Virus record (IMG/VR): IMGVR_UViG_3300020197_000011
Direction: 5' to 3' (one strand)
Source: an uncultured virus (IMG/VR IMGVR_UViG_3300020197_000011)
Lineage: Duplodnaviria > Heunggongvirae > Uroviricota > Caudoviricetes
Length of the DNA: 64,000 nucleotides
Below the pieces are notes generated by a model, which saw nothing but the letters and a program-made list of their open reading frames with translations, was not told where the DNA came from and did not search any database. The translations under genes were made by a program, and so were the position numbers. How positions within the stretch are numbered: the first letter of the stretch is position 1; each line of letters starts with the position of its first letter. This document shows positions 1-7,781 of the stretch, piece by piece.

Positions 1-275
1 ATACCACGATCCTGGAAGTATGCCAGGGTAGCATTCTCATTGTCTGAACACCCTTTACAAATTAGCCTTTTCTCTTTTGGCTTTGGTAGTGCAACCTCTC
101 GGATTGCTGTCTTCTGAGCGTCAACAAGATCAAATTCCTTAATAACGGAAAAGGGCGCTTGTCCTGAAATAGGAGGTGGCGGCCCTTGCATCTTGTAATT
201 CTGGAATGGCAGTGTTGCCGTGCTGGTTGTAACCGTTGCCAGAAGGGGCAGGGCTACTGTAAGGAATTGTTGCAT
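1..275 (-). CDS. 5' part of a signal-peptide-bearing protein, possibly a cell-wall hydrolase/tail-lysozyme-like protein (runs off the window)
   Basis: Manual translation from ATG at 275: MQQFLTVALPLLATVTTSTATLPFQNYKMQGPPPP...CKGCSDNENATLAYFQDRG, open to position 1; hydrophobic N-terminus; catalytic domain is outside the window. Confidence 0.5.
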   Translation of the reverse strand, partial: MQQFLTVALPLLATVTTSTATLPFQNYKMQGPPPPISGQAPFSVIKEFDLVDAQKTAIREVALPKPKEKRLICKGCSDNENATLAYFQDRG

Positions 276-297
276 TAAAATCGATTGAACTCTACAT

Positions 298-345
298 CCG
301 TATAGAAAGGGGGTACACCCTCTTCTCAAAGGGCACTTTCCACGG
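298..345 (-). promoter_or_regulatory. candidate structured 5' leader RNA
   Basis: - strand CCGT-GGAAAG...CTTTCT-AT-ACGG outer stem enclosing a GCCCTTT-GAGA-AGAGGGT GNRA hairpin, ~22 nt before the ATG at 275. Confidence 0.45.
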
Positions 346-418
346 CTCTAATTTTCACTTCAAAATCTCATTATGAAAAATCCCACTCTTAAGGTGGGAT
401 TTTAACATTATAAGTGAT

Positions 419-425
419 TATTTAG
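419..425 (-). promoter_or_regulatory. T4-type late promoter variant (CTAAATA)
   Basis: TAAATA core upstream of the 377-402 hairpin and the leader of the ORF starting at 275. Confidence 0.5.
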
Positions 426-431
426 AATTTG

Positions 432-665
432 TCAAGTGTTCGGATATCTCACATCTATTTCCCGTTCTCCAAAATCATCCTCTTGCTCTAAGCAAAAATA
501 TTCCAATTTTATACCATCCTCAGGAATATTAATCCACTCATCGAATTCTTCAGCAATAGCCACTGCATCAAATTGCTGTTCCAAACTTCCAGTGTCAGCA
601 AGAAAATGAATGCGATCAATACACCAATCTCGAACCTGCACCACAGGTTCAATCTGCGTTTCCAT
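432..665 (-). CDS. acidic hypothetical protein (77 aa)
   Basis: ORF track 432..881; likely real start METQIEPVVQ at 665, because the upstream part overlaps the GIY-YIG gene. Confidence 0.7.
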   Translation of the reverse strand: METQIEPVVQVRDWCIDRIHFLADTGSLEQQFDAVAIAEEFDEWINIPEDGIKLEYFCLEQEDDFGEREIDVRYPNT

Positions 666-1089
666 AGTAATCCTTTCTGAAGTATCTGTTGAGGATGTTA
701 CTATTGTAGAACGCTGGTGTTCCGTTGTCAAGGGATTCCGTAAGAACTCCGTTAACAAAGAGTTGCCTGGTTTCTTCGAAGTTAGTTTTGCCCTTTGTAT
801 AATGTAATGATAGCATAGTTCGACTAAAATTTTCTCTGCCAAATTTGTCAACGTCTTCTTTAAGTTCCGGACAAGACCCATAATACTCTTTCCAATTAGA
901 TTCTGATTTTACTTTGCGTTTTTTACCTTTAGGAGTTCGAAACTGCCAAAGATATTTCCTACCAATATATTTTCTACCATTTAATTTGTTTTCAATTAAA
1001 TAAACAAATCCATAATAGTTGCCAATGTGTTCTGATAGAAATGGCTCACCTCTATAATACCATGGATTAGGATAATCGCAACTCATCAA
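649..1089 (-). CDS. GIY-YIG endonuclease (T4 EndoII/DenA-like)
   Basis: GFVYLIENKLNGRKYIGRK motif, WKEYYGS; short stand-alone domain downstream of nrdB, as with T4 denA. Confidence 0.8.
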   Translation of the reverse strand: MMSCDYPNPWYYRGEPFLSEHIGNYYGFVYLIENKLNGRKYIGRKYLWQFRTPKGKKRKVKSESNWKEYYGSCPELKEDVDKFGRENFSRTMLSLHYTKGKTNFEETRQLFVNGVLTESLDNGTPAFYNSNILNRYFRKDYYGNAD

Positions 1090-1222
1090 TATAATCTAAC
1101 ACTTCGTTCAGATATTTATTGATCATCCATTTCTCGTGATCGGATATTTGTTCATCATTAATTCTAAATTTTAACTTATGAATTTTTGATTGTAAGGAAT
1201 ATATGTCCGTGATATGAATCAT
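1067..1222 (-). CDS. small hypothetical protein (51 aa, not in ORF track)
   Basis: MIHITDIYSLQSKIHKLKFRINDEQISDHEKWMINKYLNEVLDYIDELRLS*; fills the gap between nrdB and the GIY-YIG gene. Confidence 0.6.
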   Translation of the reverse strand: MIHITDIYSLQSKIHKLKFRINDEQISDHEKWMINKYLNEVLDYIDELRLS

Positions 1223-1248
1223 AAAAAAAGAGGAGTGTTACCTCCTCT
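1223..1248 (-). terminator. rho-independent terminator after nrdB
   Basis: AGAGGAG-GTAACA-CTCCTCT followed by a T run. Confidence 0.75.
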
Positions 1249-1271
1249 ATCTATGAGAACTAATACTTATC

Positions 1272-2447
1272 TTAGAGTTTAAATCCACTAAATGTGTCCT
1301 TTTTCACATCTTGTTTAATGCCACCAACCACATATGACTCAACTTCCGTTTCCTGGGGAGCTACCTGGAGTCCTTTAGAAGAAATCCAGTGCTGAGTCCA
1401 AGGAAGTGGATTATTGTTTGCAGAAATATCATATGCTGGTTTAAGTCCAATTGCTTTCATTCTACGGTTTGCAATCCATTCGACATACTGCTGTAAAAGT
1501 TTATCGTTAAGTCCAATCATGGAACCATCTTTAAAGAGATAGTCTGCCCATTTCTTTTCTTCATTCACAGCACGATCAAACATTGCATAAACCCATTCTT
1601 CTTCTTCTTTCGCAATTTGTTTCATCTCAGGATCATCACCCTCTTTCCACTTGTTCAAAATATTTTGGGTGATTGCTAAATGTTGGTTTTCGTCTCTTGC
1701 GATAAGAGAAATGATTTTAGCTGATCCTTCCATAAGCTTAAGTTCACCGAATGCGAAAGAACAAGCAAAACTAACGTAGAACCGAATACCTTCAAGAATG
1801 TTAACATTTGCGATTGCTCTGTACAACTTTCGTTTGACATCGTTAAGTGTTTCTTTGGCGTAGTGTACTCCTTCAAGTTGATGCACCCAAGCATTGGATG
1901 ATCCATAATGTTGTGCTGAATTAATAAAGTCATTATATGACTCTGTAACGCTCTCAGCACGCTCCAGAATACGTTCGTCGTTGATGATTGTATCAAATAC
2001 CTCAGAAGGATCAGAATACACATTCTTAATGATGTAAGTATATGAGCGGGAGTGAATCATTTCCATGAATCCCCACACCTCCATACACGCTTCGAGTTCA
2101 GGAAGTGAACAGTATGGAAGAAATGCCATGCCAGGCCCGCGTCCCTGAATACTATCAAGCATAATCTGGTACTTCAGATTTGAAGTATAGATATGCTTCT
2201 GTTCAGGACGAAGTGTTTGATAATCACCACGATCTTTTTGTAAGGAAACCTCTTCAGGCCTCCAAAAATAACCAAGTTGTTGAGTTGTTAATTTTTCGAA
2301 AACTGGATACTTATATGAATCATATCTTTGAACCCCTAAAGGTTTACCGAAGAACATTGGTTGTTTTTTAGTATTCACCTTTTCAGTATTAAAAACTGTC
2401 ATCCCCTGAATTTTTTGCTCTTCGGTTTTCACAAAGTTGTACTCCAT
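1272..2447 (-). CDS. nrdB: ribonucleotide reductase class Ia beta subunit
   Basis: FWRPEEV, EMIHSRSY, ILEGIRFYVSF, IARDENQH, C-terminal QETEVESY. Confidence 0.98.
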   Translation of the reverse strand: MEYNFVKTEEQKIQGMTVFNTEKVNTKKQPMFFGKPLGVQRYDSYKYPVFEKLTTQQLGYFWRPEEVSLQKDRGDYQTLRPEQKHIYTSNLKYQIMLDSIQGRGPGMAFLPYCSLPELEACMEVWGFMEMIHSRSYTYIIKNVYSDPSEVFDTIINDERILERAESVTESYNDFINSAQHYGSSNAWVHQLEGVHYAKETLNDVKRKLYRAIANVNILEGIRFYVSFACSFAFGELKLMEGSAKIISLIARDENQHLAITQNILNKWKEGDDPEMKQIAKEEEEWVYAMFDRAVNEEKKWADYLFKDGSMIGLNDKLLQQYVEWIANRRMKAIGLKPAYDISANNNPLPWTQHWISSKGLQVAPQETEVESYVVGGIKQDVKKDTFSGFKL

Positions 2448-2513
2448 ACTTTCCTCTGGTTAATTGAACTCACAGTCACATAAAATATTTAATTTTTTGA
2501 ATTGTCATGAAAC

Positions 2514-4808
2514 TCAAATTTTACAAGATTCACAGTCTTCTTCTTGAGACTCTAAAATATCATTTAGGAGACTTTCAAGTTTGAGTTCTTCAACAACCTC
2601 ATCAGTCTTAATATCATAGGTGTTCTGATAATAAGAAGTCTTCCATCCATACTTATACGTTGTCAAGAAGTCTTGAGCCATTACGCTAACAGGGACTTCA
2701 TTATCTGGATAATTTTCTGGGTTATAGGACCAGTTTCCACTAATCGCTTGATCGAAGAATTTTTGCATAATAGCAACAATATTGATATAACCACGATTAC
2801 TAGGCATATCCCACAAAAGAGTGTAATTGTTTTTAAGAGTTTGATATTGAGGAACGATCTGCTTAAGTGGGCCCTTCTTTGACTTCTTAATGGACAGGTA
2901 TCCGCGAGGTGGTTCGATTCCATTTGTGGCATTTGACACAACGGAACTGCTCTCCGATGGCATCTGTGCGGACAGTGTTGAGTGCCTAAGCCCGTAGGTA
3001 AGAATAGATTGTCTAAGTGATTCCCAATCATGTTGCAAGGTGATTGAAGAGATTTCATCCACATCCTTCTTGTATGTATCGATGGGGAGAATTCCATCAG
3101 CATACTTAGTGCGTCCAAAGTATTCACAATGTCCCTTTTCTTTCGCAATCTGATTAGATGCTTTTAAGAGATAATATTGGAATGACTCTGAAAGTCCATG
3201 TACTGCATCCCATGCCTCTTGAGAGTCATACTTAAACCCGAGTTTAGCAAGATAATGAGCTAAACCAATAAAACCCACTCCAAGCGATCTACGTGCCTTT
3301 GTGGCAATCTTGGCTGCCTTTACGGGATACTTCTGATAGTCTACCAGTTCTTCCAATCCACGGACTGAAAGTTCGCAAAGATCTTCAAGTTCCTCATCAG
3401 ACTTTACCTTACCAACATTAATAGCAGAAAGAATACAAAGTGCAATTTCACCCATATCATCATCGATATGTTGAATGGGATAAGTTGGTAACGTAATCTC
3501 TTGGCACAAATTGCTCATCTCAACTTTATCCTTAAAGGATGAGTGAGAGTTGCAATGATCAATATTCATAATGTAGACGCGGCCCGTTTCAGCACGTTCC
3601 TTGAGAAGGTTAAGAATAAGTTCTTGTGCTTTGACAGTCTTTTTTGGAATGGACGCATCTTTTTCACACGAAACGTATAGATCATCAAATTTATCTGTTC
3701 CGAAAACAGTGTAAAGTCCAGGTACATCATGCGGGGAGAACAACGTAATTTCACCGTCTTGAATAAACCTTTCATAGAACAATTTACTAATTTGAATTGA
3801 ATAGTCAAGTTTACGGACACGATTATCTTCCGTACCCTTATTATTTTTAAGTACAAGAATGTCTTCTATTTCTTGGTGCCAGATTGGGAAGTGGACTGTC
3901 GCGGATCCACCTCGTATGCCATTTTGCGTGCAACATCTGACAGTCGCTTCAAACTTCTTGAGAAATGGTACAACACCTGTGTGTTGAACTTCTCCCCCTC
4001 GGATTTTACTGTTGATGCCACGGATTCTACCAGCGTTGATGCCGATACCCGCCCTCTGTGCAACGTATCTGCCAATAGCCATATCACTACTAAAGATACT
4101 ATCGAGGGTGTCATCAACATCAACAAGGACACAGCTAGCAAATTGTCTAAGCGGAGTCCGCACTCCTGCCATGATTGGCGTTGGGATGTTGATTTTGTGC
4201 TTTGAGATTGCGTCATAATACCTCTTGACATATGACATTCTGGTTTCTTTGGGATACTCTGCAAAAATAGTCAGAGCAATCAACATGTACATAAACTGCG
4301 GAGTCTCATATACTCCACCTGAACTCCGATCCTGAACCAGATATTTATCAACCACCTGGCGAAGTCCAGCGTAAGTAAACAGATAATCTCGATCATGATC
4401 AATGAAAGAGTCTGCCTTAGCAATTTCTTCTTGTGAATACTTTGTGTAGATGTCATGATCGTATACTTCTGCTGAAACACAATCCATAATATGCTGTTCC
4501 AGAGTAGGAAGCTCTTTCATTTTTCCGTAAAGTTGTTTCCTTACAGAAAAAAGAAGCAGTCTAGCTGCAACAAATTGATAGTTGGGATGATCTAGATCAA
4601 TTAAGTCTGATGCCGAACGAATCAGAATTTCCTGAATCTCTTGAGTTGAAATGCCATCATAAAACTGAATACCAGACTGCATTTCAACTTGACTCGCAGA
4701 GACGCCTGCAAGTCCTCTACATGCCTCCTCAACCATCACATGCATCTTATCCAGATCAAGAGACTCAATACGTCCATTTCTTTTGATTACTTTGGTGCCG
4801 TTACTCAT
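2514..4808 (-). CDS. nrdA: ribonucleotide reductase class Ia alpha subunit
   Basis: N-terminal ATP cone (VIKRNG), SNLCQEI, PSESSS...NGIEP, GWKTSYY, C-terminal CESCKI. Confidence 0.98.
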   Translation of the reverse strand: MSNGTKVIKRNGRIESLDLDKMHVMVEEACRGLAGVSASQVEMQSGIQFYDGISTQEIQEILIRSASDLIDLDHPNYQFVAARLLLFSVRKQLYGKMKELPTLEQHIMDCVSAEVYDHDIYTKYSQEEIAKADSFIDHDRDYLFTYAGLRQVVDKYLVQDRSSGGVYETPQFMYMLIALTIFAEYPKETRMSYVKRYYDAISKHKINIPTPIMAGVRTPLRQFASCVLVDVDDTLDSIFSSDMAIGRYVAQRAGIGINAGRIRGINSKIRGGEVQHTGVVPFLKKFEATVRCCTQNGIRGGSATVHFPIWHQEIEDILVLKNNKGTEDNRVRKLDYSIQISKLFYERFIQDGEITLFSPHDVPGLYTVFGTDKFDDLYVSCEKDASIPKKTVKAQELILNLLKERAETGRVYIMNIDHCNSHSSFKDKVEMSNLCQEITLPTYPIQHIDDDMGEIALCILSAINVGKVKSDEELEDLCELSVRGLEELVDYQKYPVKAAKIATKARRSLGVGFIGLAHYLAKLGFKYDSQEAWDAVHGLSESFQYYLLKASNQIAKEKGHCEYFGRTKYADGILPIDTYKKDVDEISSITLQHDWESLRQSILTYGLRHSTLSAQMPSESSSVVSNATNGIEPPRGYLSIKKSKKGPLKQIVPQYQTLKNNYTLLWDMPSNRGYINIVAIMQKFFDQAISGNWSYNPENYPDNEVPVSVMAQDFLTTYKYGWKTSYYQNTYDIKTDEVVEELKLESLLNDILESQEEDCESCKI

Positions 4809-5773
4809 ATTTTCTTCCAGGTGGTAAATTTAAGTTTTGCTTCTAATCCAGAATAAGTATTTAATTCTATCATGGACTTAACATCAAGTCCAGATAAAAC
4901 CATATCATTAATATCCTTTTCTTTTATACTAGAGGGCCAGATGACGATTCTTTCTCCTCGATCAATGGTACGAGCAATGCGGGAGACAATTTCGGCGTTA
5001 CGTGGTTCGTTATCATAGATCCAAACAGGATTGCTAATCCCCCACTTACCAAGATCACCGTCAGCTCCACAAAGAGCAATCGCGTTTGAAATGAATGTAG
5101 AGTCAAATGGCCCTTCTGTGACATATACCGTGCTTGTCTTGTCGATTTCATCGAGTCCATAAATTTTAGGTGCCTCCTCATCAAGCATGATAGTAATATA
5201 TTTAACCTTGCTAGGGCCTAGAGATCTCCCCTGATAACCCACAAATTCATTTTGATAGATCAATGGAATAATAATCCTTGGTTCATCATACTCCACGTTA
5301 TCAAAAGTATGAACTAATGAATTAGTCCATGCTTTAAATTTATCCACATAATAAAATTTATCTGGATTTAATTTTCTCTTAGTTAAATATGAACTTGCTA
5401 TTGGATTTGTTGATGCTTTAGGTAGATCAATTTTACATTTAAACTTTGGTGCTTCAAATTTAAAGACTGGTTCTGTAGTGACAAAATTTTTACCAAAGTG
5501 TCCTTCTTTAAACTTTTCAAAGATATATTGCTTATATGTTTCAGAATCAATTTGCTTTAAGAAGTTATTCAGAGAAATATTAACACCACAATTATGACAC
5601 TTAAAGTTGGTATTATTTTTGACAGAATAAAAGTATCCTCTGGCCTTGTTCTTATTCTTTTGAGAATCTCCACAAATTGGACAACGGCAGTTATAAAGAT
5701 TGGTTTTAATCTTTTTAAACTTTTGTAGTCGAACTGATACTAGATTGATGTATTTAACATCAACATAATCCAT
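4805..5773 (-). CDS. gp61: DNA primase
   Basis: Zn ribbon CPICGDS...CHNCG, TOPRIM VTEGPFDS, KDINDM. Confidence 0.96.
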   Translation of the reverse strand: MDYVDVKYINLVSVRLQKFKKIKTNLYNCRCPICGDSQKNKNKARGYFYSVKNNTNFKCHNCGVNISLNNFLKQIDSETYKQYIFEKFKEGHFGKNFVTTEPVFKFEAPKFKCKIDLPKASTNPIASSYLTKRKLNPDKFYYVDKFKAWTNSLVHTFDNVEYDEPRIIIPLIYQNEFVGYQGRSLGPSKVKYITIMLDEEAPKIYGLDEIDKTSTVYVTEGPFDSTFISNAIALCGADGDLGKWGISNPVWIYDNEPRNAEIVSRIARTIDRGERIVIWPSSIKEKDINDMVLSGLDVKSMIELNTYSGLEAKLKFTTWKKI

Positions 5774-5796
5774 AACAAGTCACAAGTATTTTACCC

Positions 5797-5824
5797 AGTC
5801 TAACACATCACCTGATTTTGTCAA
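5797..5824 (-). promoter_or_regulatory. sigma70-like early promoter for the primase-nrdAB genes
   Basis: TTGACA-16 nt-TAGACT with extended TGn. Confidence 0.6.
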
Positions 5825-5915
5825 GACACAAGGCAGTTATAATTCCCGTCCATTTTACAACTGCATTTGTTGCCTTTTGTATCGAGTATGTTGTTATCTT
5901 CCTTTTTATTTTCAT
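5808..5915 (-). CDS. small basic hypothetical protein (35 aa)
   Basis: MKIKRKITTYSIQKATNAVVKWTGIITALCLDKIR*; manual translation. Confidence 0.35.
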   Translation of the reverse strand: MKIKRKITTYSIQKATNAVVKWTGIITALCLDKIR

Positions 5916-5941
5916 TGGCACTTGGCCAACTCTATCATTAT

Positions 5942-6355
5942 TTATTTTATTTGCTCTGTTCTAACGGGTTGTGGATTGGGAGTTAAGAAATCAACAACAA
6001 TTGCTGACTGAGAAACAACAAATGACATAATAATTGCTGCTCCTACAAGTATCCAACGAAACTTTACAAATTCTTCTAACTTCGATTCTATCTTTTCAAT
6101 TCTATGTGTTACTACTTCATGTTGTTCTCTGTTCTCATCTCTCAGTTCATCTAACACTCTACCAATCATATCATCAGCTTTGTTACACTGTTCAATTTTT
6201 TCTTCGTGAACAGCAAGCATCTTGCTGATGTTTTGACTGGTTTTCCCCATTAATTGAATTGCCTCGTCTATTTTTTTCATCATAAGTTCATATGAAGAAA
6301 GACGTTCTTCTAATACGGCAATTTTAGTGTCAGATGAGGTGTTTTGATTGAACAT
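5942..6355 (-). CDS. coiled-coil protein with a C-terminal transmembrane helix
   Basis: Heptad-rich region followed by WILVGAAIIMSFVVS. Confidence 0.75.
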   Translation of the reverse strand: MFNQNTSSDTKIAVLEERLSSYELMMKKIDEAIQLMGKTSQNISKMLAVHEEKIEQCNKADDMIGRVLDELRDENREQHEVVTHRIEKIESKLEEFVKFRWILVGAAIIMSFVVSQSAIVVDFLTPNPQPVRTEQIK

Positions 6356-6359
6356 TGCT

Positions 6360-6560
6360 CTACTGTTGCCAACGCTTACGTGAACCTGGAGGGAGTTTGA
6401 TTTGAGGGCCTTTTCTTCTTCTTGTCATTCCCATAACAGGATCAAATCCAGCAGTTGGGCCTTTTGGATCTGAAGAACCACTGAATCCACCGCTAGCTCC
6501 AGGTGCATTAGCAACCATTTGCTCTCGAATAATTTTGATAATGCGATCAATCTTTTCCAT
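6360..6560 (-). CDS. hypothetical protein (66 aa)
   Basis: ORF track; its GASGGF...GPTAGFDPV segment resembles the gp23 N-terminal region. Confidence 0.7.
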   Translation of the reverse strand: MEKIDRIIKIIREQMVANAPGASGGFSGSSDPKGPTAGFDPVMGMTRRRKGPQIKLPPGSRKRWQQ

Positions 6561-6939
6561 TTTTGTTATAGATTTTTTGAATTTCAGATAAACAAGTTAT
6601 ATCAATCGCAATATCATGTATGTAACACTTAGGATATTGTGGAAGTTTATTCAAGAAAACTATAAAAGTTTTCATTGATGCCCAAAGTTCTTTTTCGATT
6701 TTGAAAAACAACATTGGTGTAGCAGCATCCCCAAATATATTGTAAAGAATAATGAAATGATTCAAAAGAAGATGGGTTTTAAGTTCACCTGTATTCTTAT
6801 ATCGTTTCAAAAGTCTTTTAATATACTTAAAATGATGTAAGTCTTTATCAAAATCTTCCTTAGTTACTGCCTGAGGATTTTCATAGTGTTTAATCGCAAA
6901 AAGAAGAAAATTTTCTTCATTCAATTCATTGAAAATCAT
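6547..6939 (-). CDS. T4-like phage hypothetical protein
   Basis: ORF track 130 aa; tightly packed with neighbours. Confidence 0.8.
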   Translation of the reverse strand: MIFNELNEENFLLFAIKHYENPQAVTKEDFDKDLHHFKYIKRLLKRYKNTGELKTHLLLNHFIILYNIFGDAATPMLFFKIEKELWASMKTFIVFLNKLPQYPKCYIHDIAIDITCLSEIQKIYNKNGKD

Positions 6940-6945
6940 ATATTA

Positions 6946-7467
6946 TCAGACTGTAGGATCGCCATCATAAATTGGAAGATTGCCAGTGGTGATACCAGAC
7001 ATTGCAACAAGAGTCTCAGTCTTAACTCTTAAGTTACCATGAGTATCGACATAGGTAGTAACGCCAACCCAACCAGCATGTGTTAATTGATACGAAGTGT
7101 TTTGAGCAGCAGCAAGGCCACCAGCAGCAACACCATAAATGTGTGGTTCATAACCAGTATTGGTTTCACTCCAACGACTGTCAAGAACGGTGTACTTAGG
7201 AAGTTCGCTGATTTGGAAGTCCGTGCTCGCAACTGCAACTCCACTCAAACCAGCAGTTGATGCAATGGAGAGTTGAGTGGTGCTTGCAATACCAACAATT
7301 ACAGCATTTCCAATCTCGCCTTTTGGGCCAAAACGAATTACATCACCAGTTGCAGCTGCTCCTACTTGGCCAAAGGTTGTACCACTACCAGTGACGACAA
7401 GGGTGGTATAATTAAGAGATACTGTGCCACCCGAACCCTTTGCGTCATTATTTCCCCAGAGTGCCAT
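6946..7467 (-). CDS. late hypothetical protein, probably virion-associated
   Basis: G/T/A-rich, HAGWV motif, perfect late promoter upstream. Confidence 0.7.
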   Translation of the reverse strand: MALWGNNDAKGSGGTVSLNYTTLVVTGSGTTFGQVGAAATGDVIRFGPKGEIGNAVIVGIASTTQLSIASTAGLSGVAVASTDFQISELPKYTVLDSRWSETNTGYEPHIYGVAAGGLAAAQNTSYQLTHAGWVGVTTYVDTHGNLRVKTETLVAMSGITTGNLPIYDGDPTV

Positions 7468-7497
7468 GTCTTTTCTCGTAAAAAATATTTCTAGTAA

Positions 7498-7505
7498 TAT
7501 TTATA
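7498..7505 (-). promoter_or_regulatory. T4 late promoter TATAAATA
   Basis: Exact consensus; similar (A/C)TAAATA boxes precede genes at ~7774, 11061, 30807, 39601, 42303, 43265, 43481, 45188, 48062, 51595, 54231, 54453, 56179, 56839 and 58308. Confidence 0.8.
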
Positions 7506-7533
7506 AAAAAAGGAGATCTTGAATTAGATCTCC
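7505..7533 (-). terminator. rho-independent terminator
   Basis: GGAGATCT-AATTCA-AGATCTCC followed by a T run. Confidence 0.75.
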
Positions 7534-7557
7534 AATATTAGATTTTTTTAAGTTTTA

Positions 7558-7743
7558 TCAAGGAGTTAAATCCTTTGCACCTTTTTTCTTCAAATGGTTT
7601 TGAGCCTGAACGAGAAGGAATGAAAAAATTCCGTTTGATTTGAACTTTGGAGTTGCGCCAAGTGCTTCTGAAATAAGAAAAAGAACGGTTGCAACCAATC
7701 CTTCATTTGCAGCAAGCCAAGCGCCGATAGCTGCGAGTGTCAT
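7558..7743 (-). CDS. small membrane protein (holin-like topology possible)
   Basis: 61 aa, hydrophobic segments, basic C-terminus, GGAGG SD. Confidence 0.7.
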   Translation of the reverse strand: MTLAAIGAWLAANEGLVATVLFLISEALGATPKFKSNGIFSFLLVQAQNHLKKKGAKDLTP

Positions 7744-7781
7744 AATGTCCTCCGTGTGAAGAGTATCCTGTCTTATTTAGA

